Below the pieces are notes generated by a model, which was not told where the DNA came from, searched no databases, and saw nothing but the letters and a program-made list of their open reading frames with translations. Shown here one piece after another: positions 1 to 7,342 of a DNA stretch of 64,000 nt (the stretch's first letter is position 1; every line of letters begins with the position of its first letter). The DNA comes from Escherichia coli (GTDB lineage Bacteria > Pseudomonadota > Gammaproteobacteria > Enterobacterales > Enterobacteriaceae), in assembly GCF_965641715.1 (NCBI RefSeq), contig NZ_OZ282453.1. The stretch is one strand, 5' to 3'. A program made the position numbers and the translations under genes.

Positions 1-185
1 CAGATTAATGTTAAGCGTCTTGCAGGACGCGTAATGTTAACTGGGGCTTTTCTCTATCTGCCTTTGGTGTTCATGCCTGAGGCAGATAGCCTCAAGCACC
101 CGCAGCAATTCTACTTAAGTTAGATAAGCTTTTCTATGGTATTCTCTCAGCGTCCCGTAAATACAGTCTCGGCTCATCATTTTTA

Positions 186-443
186 TCACAGGTGCGAGGA
201 AAATATATAGCGCCCTCCATCAAGCATAACGAAATACATTTTCCATTCATCGCCATTCCTCAATTTAATACGAAGACTTTCCCCGCAAGTGTATTTATTA
301 AACAACTGTTCCGATGTGCTAGTAAGAGGTATTTTTACCGTTATTACAACTACTGCCCCACCATTTAACTCTCGAAGTTCAGCATCCGCATCCACAAAAG
401 ATGAATAAATGTTATGATCTGGGTAATCAACAATTAACTGCAT
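186..443 (-). CDS. Hypothetical phage protein (85 aa)
   Basis: ORF with AAGGAG-type RBS upstream of an internal ATG (MQLIVDYPDH...); AT-rich; no family recognised. Confidence 0.4.
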   Translation of the reverse strand: MQLIVDYPDHNIYSSFVDADAELRELNGGAVVVITVKIPLTSTSEQLFNKYTCGESLRIKLRNGDEWKMYFVMLDGGRYIFSSHL

Positions 444-582
444 ATTCACTCCTTAAATATAGCAACTAAAACAAACAACGATTTAACAGTAGGAATTGTT
501 TTTATAACATATGAACGGTGCAAGATCTATCCAGATGAAGCCTCCCCTCACCCCCCCCGTCTCATTACATGCATTTACTATC

Positions 583-1098
583 TCACCGTAAAACATCCTC
601 CACGCTTATCAGTCCGTTTCGCTTCAGGTAGTCCATCGCCTTCTCCGGTAATTTGCAGTCCGGCTTGGCTTTTTTCAGTTGGCTGACCAGTCGTTTAACC
701 CACATTGTTAATTCGCTAACCTGATTGCCGGAAGCTGGTGGGTTGTCGGCTTTACCCAGAATGACAGCACTGCAGGCCTCTTTGAGTACCCAATCAACAG
801 CATCTTTCCATGCTCCTGTTTCGACTGGTGGATTCTCACGCTTTACCTGTTCATAAAAGCGCACGGCTTTAACCAGTCCTTCTGATGTCAGTGGCACAGG
901 CGGGGCAGTGAATAACGCCTGAATTTCATAGCTCGGCCTGTCGTTGCAATCCTCTTTTGTCGGTACATATTTCCAGTCACCAACCCACGGCTCCCCCTGT
1001 GAGTCCGTAATGCCTTTTTTCACGTAGCGATATCGCCATGCAACTGGTTTTGCCTGCCCTGCCGTTTCATGTCCTTCCTGATAATTAATCTCGCTCAT
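583..1098 (-). CDS. Hypothetical phage protein (171 aa)
   Basis: Clean ORF, 4-nt overlap with the upstream gene in a leftward operon; no family recognised. Confidence 0.5.
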   Translation of the reverse strand: MSEINYQEGHETAGQAKPVAWRYRYVKKGITDSQGEPWVGDWKYVPTKEDCNDRPSYEIQALFTAPPVPLTSEGLVKAVRFYEQVKRENPPVETGAWKDAVDWVLKEACSAVILGKADNPPASGNQVSELTMWVKRLVSQLKKAKPDCKLPEKAMDYLKRNGLISVEDVLR

Positions 1099-1289
1099 TC
1101 ATCGCCCCACTCATCACAATATGCTTCGACCGGAGTTTTTCCTGCTTCGTAGTCATAACGCCATGCTTCAGCATCAGCGGCACTTCCACCGCGTAACTCT
1201 GCATAGTCCATTAACAGTTCATGCCATTCTTCAAAACTGACGTTGTATTTAGTTGAACCAAAATCAGCCATTTTGTTCTTCCTCCTCAT
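1095..1289 (-). CDS. Small phage protein (64 aa)
   Basis: ORF overlapping its neighbours in the same leftward gene string; acidic C-terminus. Confidence 0.4.
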   Translation of the reverse strand: MRRKNKMADFGSTKYNVSFEEWHELLMDYAELRGGSAADAEAWRYDYEAGKTPVEAYCDEWGDE

Positions 1290-1446
1290 CTTTTATTTCG
1301 TGATATGAGTAATTGCAGTAGTTAAAGAAAATTTCTTTTGCTTCGTCCTGTATTTCATCTGGTGTCGCACCATCATCCACTTCGAATACATCCTCAAAAT
1401 CTCCACCAGCTATTCCCGTTTCAATAATTATTCTGAACTTTCGCAT
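1264..1446 (-). CDS. Small acidic phage protein (60 aa)
   Basis: ORF overlapping the 3' neighbour; highly acidic C-terminus (DEEEEQNG). Confidence 0.35.
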   Translation of the reverse strand: MRKFRIIIETGIAGGDFEDVFEVDDGATPDEIQDEAKEIFFNYCNYSYHEIKDEEEEQNG

Positions 1447-1541
1447 TTCATTACCGCCCTTTCGGGCGGCCTCCTGATGTTCTGAGGGTGCAGAAATCCC
1501 TCCGGTTAAGGATTAAATTTTATTTACAACACTAAATTTAA

Positions 1542-1742
1542 TTATTCAGGCGCGCGAATCTGTTCCGCACAATGCAACAATGCTTCTGTCACTTCCTTAA
1601 GCGTTACGGTATCGGCATCATCCAGTCCTGCAACTTTTGCGTGCCTGGCAAACGCCGCGCAAAGGTCGTTAAACGCCACCGCCCGTACATCAGCCAGGAA
1701 AGCGTTAGCAGCAGCCAATTCCTGGTAGTCAATCCTGCTCAC
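1542..1742 (-). CDS. Small phage protein (66 aa)
   Basis: ORF whose start overlaps the stop of the upstream 141-aa gene (ATGA-type overlap). Confidence 0.4.
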   Translation of the reverse strand: MSRIDYQELAAANAFLADVRAVAFNDLCAAFARHAKVAGLDDADTVTLKEVTEALLHCAEQIRAPE

Positions 1743-2164
1743 TGCGCCGCCTCCTGAAAATTCCCCTGATAGAAAGCCAGTACACGCTGCATAACTTCAC
1801 TATTCCGGCACTCGCGACAGATTATGTTCAGACGCCTGTCATAGCGGCGTATTTCTCCGTCTGGTAACGACCAGATAAGGTCCGGATCAACCACAGATGT
1901 TTTTTTCTTCAGCTTTGCCCTTGAGAGTTTTTTGCGGGCATTTTGCCAGTCCTTACGAGCCTGTTCAGACGGGAATAACCCGTAACCAGAGTTGTATACA
2001 TCGCCACTGGCAACCAGCTCTCTGGCAAGAACGCTCATCAGATATCTTGTTGCCCCAGTTTTAGCTTCCAGTTGTCGTAACGTCTCGCGCCCACTCTGGC
2101 GTACGAGTTCAACAACCTGCCCTTTAATTTTTTCCCGCTCTTCTTGTGTAAAAACTTTTGCCAC
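1739..2164 (-). CDS. Phage early protein (141 aa), immediately downstream of the replication initiator
   Basis: ORF in the position where lambdoid phages carry the second replication gene; basic, contains a CxxC pair (ICRECRNS); function not recognised. Confidence 0.45.
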   Translation of the reverse strand: MAKVFTQEEREKIKGQVVELVRQSGRETLRQLEAKTGATRYLMSVLARELVASGDVYNSGYGLFPSEQARKDWQNARKKLSRAKLKKKTSVVDPDLIWSLPDGEIRRYDRRLNIICRECRNSEVMQRVLAFYQGNFQEAAQ

Positions 2165-2204
2165 AAGCCCTCCTGAAAATTACCTCATGACCAGAAATTA
2201 ACAC

Positions 2205-3281
2205 TTACCCCCTGAAGCCCGGCGGAATTTCGTTATCCGGTTCAGAAATATGATTCACACAACGCTGGTTGTTCGTGCCGCTTACCGGGAGCAACCAGGG
2301 GTTCTCAAAATTCCGGTCCGGTCCAAAAAACGTCGTCGCTCGCTGAACAAATTCCGTTCCCGTTTTCCCGGTAGCCGCCAAGTATCTTGCGTAACGCCTC
2401 ACGCCATCCAGCATGGCCTCTGGTGGCACCCCCTCGCGTAATCTGGCCTTCCAGGCACTGAAAGCGGATTTCTTCGGGTTTGCTCCGGCACGCAACGGGT
2501 ACTCCCGCCAGACCTGTTCGAACGCATCCGGATAATCCACTCGTCCCACAGACAGCCCGGTGTTTTCCGGGACTACCCGATCGGCTTTCCGCTGAATGGC
2601 GGAATCGGCTTCAGGCTGCTGCAGTTGGTGTGATTGCTCCGGCCTTGGGGTCATCACCTGCTGCACAGCGCCCGAATCGGCTTTCAGCGCATACGCTGAA
2701 TCGGCTTCCGGTGTCGTGCCTGCTGGCTGACCAGGATTGACGGTCTGAACATCCCCTGCCTGGTTCGTGGCGTTTTTTACGCCATGGACCATAGTGTTTT
2801 GATCTTCTTGATCTGTATCTTTATCTGTATCTTTATCTGTCGTGACTCGTCGTGACATGTGCGTGACATTTCGTGACGCGCCGTGACAATCGCCATTTTG
2901 TTCCCGCTTTCTTTCCCTCTCTCGCTGCGCCCTCTTGCGCTCTGCAGGAGATTTTGCGGTTTGCGAAATATTGCCGTTGTCCTCTTTAAGCACCTGGCGT
3001 TTTTCCCATCCAGTGATTAAATCACCATCAAGTACCCGCCCCTGCATCGTCTGCAAAATTGAATCAATTACCTCTTCTGTCACGTCGAGCGCACTTGCCA
3101 AATCTTCTGTCGTGACATCAATGTGACCTCGCGTGACATTTCGTGACGCGCTCACCAGGAGGTGGATATACACTGCCATCACTGTTGCAATTGGCTGCCC
3201 TGACACCCTGGCAATTGTTCGCCACTTAGGGTCATTTGGCATGTCATGCCATAATCTGAGCCAGGCGTTAGCCATACTCAC
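2205..3281 (-). CDS. Phage replication initiation protein (lambda O-like)
   Basis: 358-aa ORF directly downstream of the cro/cII-like genes on the same strand; internal clusters of phased CGTGAC repeats resemble ori-lambda iterons inside O; acidic/Q-rich central linker. Confidence 0.6.
   Translation of the reverse strand: MSMANAWLRLWHDMPNDPKWRTIARVSGQPIATVMAVYIHLLVSASRNVTRGHIDVTTEDLASALDVTEEVIDSILQTMQGRVLDGDLITGWEKRQVLKEDNGNISQTAKSPAERKRAQRERERKREQNGDCHGASRNVTHMSRRVTTDKDTDKDTDQEDQNTMVHGVKNATNQAGDVQTVNPGQPAGTTPEADSAYALKADSGAVQQVMTPRPEQSHQLQQPEADSAIQRKADRVVPENTGLSVGRVDYPDAFEQVWREYPLRAGANPKKSAFSAWKARLREGVPPEAMLDGVRRYARYLAATGKTGTEFVQRATTFFGPDRNFENPWLLPVSGTNNQRCVNHISEPDNEIPPGFRG
2811..2840. repeat. 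Tandem 12-bp repeat (atctgtatcttt x2.5) inside the replication gene, encoding (TDKD)n
   Basis: Read directly from the sequence. Confidence 0.8.
2841..2887. repeat. Iteron cluster A: five CGTGAC hexamers at 10-11 bp spacing (candidate phage replication origin)
   Basis: CGTGAC at 2841, 2851, 2862, 2872, 2882; the 20-bp unit gcgtgacatttcgtgacgcg is repeated exactly at 3131-3150. Confidence 0.6.
3079..3150. repeat. Iteron cluster B: CGTGAC/TGTGAC hexamers at ~10-bp phasing plus one inverted copy
   Basis: Hexamers at 3111, 3122, 3132, 3142 and inverted GTCACG at 3079; includes the second copy of the 20-bp unit. Confidence 0.55.
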
Positions 3282-3346
3282 CTCTTCTGATACCGAATCT
3301 TTTTACTCACGAGTTGCCGGAAGCGATTCGATATGGCTATTATCAC

Positions 3347-3772
3347 TCAATGCACTGCCACAGCATTTCCTGCCGGGCCACCACGGTTCATCTGATTGAA
3401 ACCGGCGATTGCCACTGCGACAAAATCATCGGCGTCTCTCACCAGTCGCTCCCGCGTCTCCACCAGCTCCCGAAAATAAGCTGAACTGTGGCTACGCATT
3501 CTGGCCACCAGCAAAGGTGGCATTGCCTTTTCGATCGCTGGTAACAACGCCTGAATTTTTTCAACTGCATCAGGGGTGTCTTTCTCTACCCAGCGGAAAA
3601 TTTTCTGGGTATTGCGAGCCAGGGCTTCCGGATGGCTGTCGTCGTACAGTTCAGGAAACGTCATACCCAACTCAAAATAAGCCTGGGTTATTCCAGCTGC
3701 CGGAACTTTTTCGCCATCAGGACGCGCCCAGGCATTCATCGCCATGCGGATGTGTTCATGCTTGATTTTCAT
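3347..3772 (-). CDS. YdaT-like (CII-position) early regulator
   Basis: Translation from MKIKHEHI... resembles Rac prophage YdaT as remembered; strong RBS (AAGGGGGG); lies downstream of the Cro-like gene. Confidence 0.55.
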   Translation of the reverse strand: MKIKHEHIRMAMNAWARPDGEKVPAAGITQAYFELGMTFPELYDDSHPEALARNTQKIFRWVEKDTPDAVEKIQALLPAIEKAMPPLLVARMRSHSSAYFRELVETRERLVRDADDFVAVAIAGFNQMNRGGPAGNAVAVH

Positions 3773-3998
3773 GAATCCCCCCTTGGTTAGAAGGCGGATT
3801 ATGATCAGAACCGGGAATGACAACCGTCGGTATGTGTAACTCATATTTGAGCGCCCCGGCAGTGACTGCCTGAATTAGCAACGCCCATTTCCACGGAACC
3901 TCTTCCCCCCACATGCTGACTGTGGTTTTTGACGTTCCTAGAGCTGCGGCTGTTTTAACAACTCCGCCAAAATAGCCTAATACTTCTGATTTTTTCAT
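3756..3998 (-). CDS. Cro-like HTH regulator (YdaS-like)
   Basis: 80-aa ORF from MKKSEVLGYFGG... with GGAG RBS; divergent from the CI-like repressor. Confidence 0.6.
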   Translation of the reverse strand: MKKSEVLGYFGGVVKTAAALGTSKTTVSMWGEEVPWKWALLIQAVTAGALKYELHIPTVVIPGSDHNPPSNQGGIHENQA

Positions 3999-4089
3999 GA
4001 GTCGCTCCATAAAACTGAACGCCAAAAGTTTAATAATCAAAACCAAAGAAAGTCAAGAAACAAAACCATCTGTGTTTTAAAATCAAAAC
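3999..4089. promoter_or_regulatory. Divergent immunity promoter/operator region (pR/pRM equivalent)
   Basis: 91-bp AT-rich spacer between divergent cro-like and cI-like starts; contains inverted repeats AAACT-N10-AGTTT and AAAAC-N7-GTTTT. Confidence 0.5.
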
Positions 4090-4728
4090 ATGAGCAAGCA
4101 AACAATATCTGAACGCATAACCCAACGTATGCATGCGCTAAACCTGAAAGGCAAAGACCTTGTCAATGCCACTGGCGCATCAAAAGGCTCCGTAAGTCAA
4201 TGGATGAACGGTGGAGGAGCGCCGTCCTCGCGTTACATAAGTTCACTGGCAAAAATATTGAAAGTAAACGAAAATTGGCTTCTTAATGGAGGAGAGTTAA
4301 ATACAGGTGATTCGCTTGATCTATCTTTACCGCCGATAAAAACGGTTCCGCTACTATCACTTCAGCAGGCAGCAAGCTGGAGTGATTATATGAAAAATTC
4401 CTCAATAACCTCTTGTGTGCAGCTTGTCGGAGAAATCCCGGCCAATACCTTTGCAGTTGTTCTAGAGAGTGACAGTATGTCAACATCTGGTGGGGGAGTT
4501 TCCATCCCAAATGGTTCAACAGTTTTTGTTGATCCCGATCGAACCGTACAACCAGGAAATATTGTCCTTGCCTTACCCAAAGGGACCACAACACCTGTCA
4601 TTCGTAAACTGGAGATAGAAGGGCCGGATATTCTTTTAGTCCCCACGAATCCTCGCTACCCTTCAATTATGCTGGATGATCTATCTTGCATATTGGGCGT
4701 ATGCTTTAAAATTCAACAAGATATTTAA
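4090..4728 (+). CDS. CI-like prophage repressor (N-terminal HTH, C-terminal S24 LexA-like peptidase domain)
   Basis: 212-aa ORF with an HTH-like N-terminus (GASKGSVSQWMNGGGAPS) and a C-terminal region with the look of a LexA/CI autocleavage domain; divergent from the cro-like gene. Confidence 0.8.
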   Translation: MSKQTISERITQRMHALNLKGKDLVNATGASKGSVSQWMNGGGAPSSRYISSLAKILKVNENWLLNGGELNTGDSLDLSLPPIKTVPLLSLQQAASWSDYMKNSSITSCVQLVGEIPANTFAVVLESDSMSTSGGGVSIPNGSTVFVDPDRTVQPGNIVLALPKGTTTPVIRKLEIEGPDILLVPTNPRYPSIMLDDLSCILGVCFKIQQDI

Positions 4729-5159
4729 CCGACCTCATCTATTTGATTAACTGTATGCCATCGTGGTGATGGCTTAACAGCTGCCTGCTTAAAATGTTTT
4801 GATAAAAAAACATTGACCTGAAAAGTTCATTTTTCTAAACTTCATTCATTCCCTCTCCCCACCCCACAGAATGCAGGGCAATACTTCGAGTTACCAGGCA
4901 GTGGTCAGGGGTTAAGTAGCCAGCCTGAGGCGTAAGAACATGACGGCAGGGTCCAACTTTAATAACTATGCAGCAGGTTTTTGTTCCGCTACCCCGGCGT
5001 TAAGGGGAAACAGAGGATTTCTCAGTGGGCGAAGTCAAACATCAGAATGGAAGGCATCACGGGATCGGCAAAGAAGCAGCAATGGCGCTTTATATTGACA
5101 TCAGCGCCATTGCCGGACAGGTAAGAGTTATCAGAGCGGTAACTAAGCGGTATGCGTCT

Positions 5160-5360
5160 TTATTTCAGAAAGTCTCTGGTGAGTGCACCGAAGATATTGT
5201 CAACGATTTCGTCATCGAACTGCGAGGACTCATCTTCAGTTACAAGGTGACCACAATTTTTGCAGATGGCTCCCGCGAAACTGTCAGAGCCCTGCGGCTT
5301 AAAGGATGTGTCAAAGACTTCGCCACCACATTCTGGGCAAGAAAACTTGATTGTATTCAT
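5160..5360 (-). CDS. Small zinc-ribbon protein (66 aa)
   Basis: CPECGG ... CKNCG motif pair; AGGAAA RBS 8 nt upstream of ATG; antisense to a 118-aa plus-strand ORF, so the coding strand is not settled. Confidence 0.45.
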   Translation of the reverse strand: MNTIKFSCPECGGEVFDTSFKPQGSDSFAGAICKNCGHLVTEDESSQFDDEIVDNIFGALTRDFLK

Positions 5361-5452
5361 AACCAATTTCCTCTCGAGTAACAGACCCCTCAGAGGATAC
5401 CACCTCGCCTGACGTGGTTAAAAGCAGGCAATGCGAACCACAAGGAGCTGAC

Positions 5453-5671
5453 ATGCAGAAACGAGAACCTGTCATCATCGCGCCAGACTATACCGATGAT
5501 GAACTTTATGAGTGGATGCGCCAGAAAATTAATGCAGCGCAGGATCTGAAATGGGCTAATGAAGCCAGGGCTAAGCAGGCTGAAAATCTGTTCTCTCTGG
5601 AGCAGGATATCACCAATCTGGAAAAAGCAGCGGCATTAAGCATTGCCAGAATGATTACATACCCACGTTAA
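5453..5671 (+). CDS. Small phage protein (72 aa)
   Basis: AAGGAG RBS 7 nt upstream of ATG (MQKREPVIIAPDY...). Confidence 0.4.
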   Translation: MQKREPVIIAPDYTDDELYEWMRQKINAAQDLKWANEARAKQAENLFSLEQDITNLEKAAALSIARMITYPR

Positions 5672-5693
5672 TAGCTAACCAACGAGGCTAATA

Positions 5694-6101
5694 ATGGAAT
5701 TTAAAGATTTACCAAAAGAAATCCAGACAATTGCTGCAACGACTCTCGGTGATAGTCTGGTGAAAATTGACCCGGCATACACCAAAAAAGAAACCATCGA
5801 TAATATGGTTCGTAATGTGCGCAATGCTTTTTCTGGGCTATATGGTTCTGATAATCAAAAGCAGGAAAGCGATGTTAATGAACGGGTAATTTCTGTTTGC
5901 GTGAATGGCCATGTTCTTTCATCAATCAAAACAGAAACAGCGACAGTCTTCGATTGCCTTTGCATTGTACAGAGCCTTGTTGATGCCCTGTTTCGTTCAG
6001 TGAATTTAGAAAATGATGCAAATCTGCGAGGGCGCACAATAGCACATCCATATGCACATACTTTAGGCTCTGTGGATATCAAAGATCCCACAAATCTTTA
6101 A
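5694..6101 (+). CDS. Hypothetical phage accessory protein (135 aa)
   Basis: GAGG RBS; 3' end overlaps the convergent 77-aa gene by 23 nt. Confidence 0.5.
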   Translation: MEFKDLPKEIQTIAATTLGDSLVKIDPAYTKKETIDNMVRNVRNAFSGLYGSDNQKQESDVNERVISVCVNGHVLSSIKTETATVFDCLCIVQSLVDALFRSVNLENDANLRGRTIAHPYAHTLGSVDIKDPTNL

Positions 6102-6312
6102 TGAAATAGTTAACGCGAATTGTACTTGCTCTTTCAGTTGCTTTCAGAATACGCGTTGAAACTGCTGGCGGTAATTTGGTATTCCATTTATTAAAATCAT
6201 GCCCGGGGAAGTACTCTTCGAAAATACTTTTAACTGCAGACTCGCCTATTGAAATGCTGCTTACCATGCGATTTTGATAAAGGCATTTAGCAATAAGAGT
6301 TGATTTTAACAT
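6079..6312 (-). CDS. Hypothetical small protein (77 aa), convergent with the early-left genes
   Basis: AGGAGG RBS immediately upstream of ATG. Confidence 0.4.
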   Translation of the reverse strand: MLKSTLIAKCLYQNRMVSSISIGESAVKSIFEEYFPGHDFNKWNTKLPPAVSTRILKATERASTIRVNYFIKDLWDL

Positions 6313-6803
6313 TCACCCTCCTGAGGGTTGGTAATTAAGGAGTTCTCCACGGGTGAGGTGGAGTGCGTGCGCCGGACACGGGTGAACATCCGGCACTGAC
6401 AGTTTACTGAAAGGATATTTCCCTGAAAAGTCAGACCATAACGCGAAAGCGCACGGCGAGGTAGCTGGTTCATAGATAGCCTGTCGTTAAATTTTCGTCG
6501 ACCGTGCGCTTCCGGTTGTGGCAACCCGCGAAATGGCGCGGCGGTAAGTATGGCGGGGTTATTCCTTCCCCGTTGAGGACACCGGGTTGTCAGGTTGACC
6601 ATACGCTTAAGTGACAACCCCGCTGCAACGCCCTCTGTTATCAATTTTCTGGTGACGTTTGGCGGTATCAGTTTTACTCCGTGACTGCTCTGCCGCCCTT
6701 TTTAAAGTGAATTTTGTGATGCGGTGAATGCGGCTAAGCGCACGCGGAACAGTTAAAACCAAAAACAGTGTTATGGGTGGATTCTCTGTATCCGGCGTTA
6801 ATT

Positions 6804-6817
6804 GTTAACTGGTTAAC
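6804..6817. promoter_or_regulatory. Palindromic GTTAAC-N2-GTTAAC site with a third GTTAA half-site adjacent (operator candidate)
   Basis: Read directly: cgTTAAttGTTAACtgGTTAACg, followed by a CCTGG-N5-CCAGG inverted repeat; ~60 bp upstream of the 62-aa gene start. Confidence 0.35.
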
Positions 6818-6872
6818 GTCACCTGGAGGCACCAGGCACTGCATCACAAAATTCATTGTTGAGGACGCGATA

Positions 6873-7061
6873 ATGAAAACGTTATTACCAAACGTTAATA
6901 CGTCTGAAGGTTGTTTTGAAATTGGTGTCACTATCAGTAACCCTGTATTTACTGAAGATGCCATTAACAAGAGAAAACAAGAACGGGAGCTATTAAATAA
7001 AATATGCATTGTTTCAATGCTGGCTCGTTTACGTCTGATGCCAAAAGGATGTGCACAATGA
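6873..7061 (+). CDS. Small protein (62 aa) with hydrophobic C-terminus
   Basis: GAGGA RBS; stop overlaps the next gene start (ATGA). Confidence 0.4.
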   Translation: MKTLLPNVNTSEGCFEIGVTISNPVFTEDAINKRKQERELLNKICIVSMLARLRLMPKGCAQ

Positions 7062-7249
7062 ATTCAGCATTTGCGCTTGTTCTGACAGTTTTTCTTGTTT
7101 CCGGAGAGCCAGTTGATATTGCAGTCAGTGTTCACAGGACAATGCAGGAGTGTATGACTGCAGCAACCGAACAGAAAATTCCCGGTAACTGTTACCCGGT
7201 CGATAAAGTTATTCACCAGGATAATATCGAAATCCCGGCAGGTCTTTAA
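7058..7249 (+). CDS. Small protein (63 aa) with N-terminal signal/TM segment
   Basis: AAGGA RBS; N-terminal hydrophobic stretch AFALVLTVFLVSG; translationally coupled to the preceding gene. Confidence 0.4.
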   Translation: MNSAFALVLTVFLVSGEPVDIAVSVHRTMQECMTAATEQKIPGNCYPVDKVIHQDNIEIPAGL

Positions 7250-7342
7250 AACAGTTCCGTAATAAATATCCGGTTTCATTCTTATATGCCAGCAATGGCA
7301 GGGATTTGTTCATCCTTAAATCTGTCATGAGGTTAAAACAAA

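Noticed and set aside
4283-4646. Minus-strand ORFs (103 aa, 86 aa) inside the repressor gene
   Set aside because: Antisense to the well-supported CI-like repressor; no independent signals.
6313-6872. Retron (msr/msd) or OMEGA/TnpB-type guide RNA as the explanation for the GC-rich structured segment
   Set aside because: No reverse transcriptase or TnpB/IscB-sized ORF nearby and no flanking a1/a2-type long inverted repeats; left as an unassigned structured segment in the findings.
4729-7342. Lambda N-like antiterminator among the early-left small genes
   Set aside because: None of the plus-strand small proteins has an arginine-rich N-terminal motif; the only Arg-rich ORF (6306-6644) is on the opposite strand and lacks an RBS.
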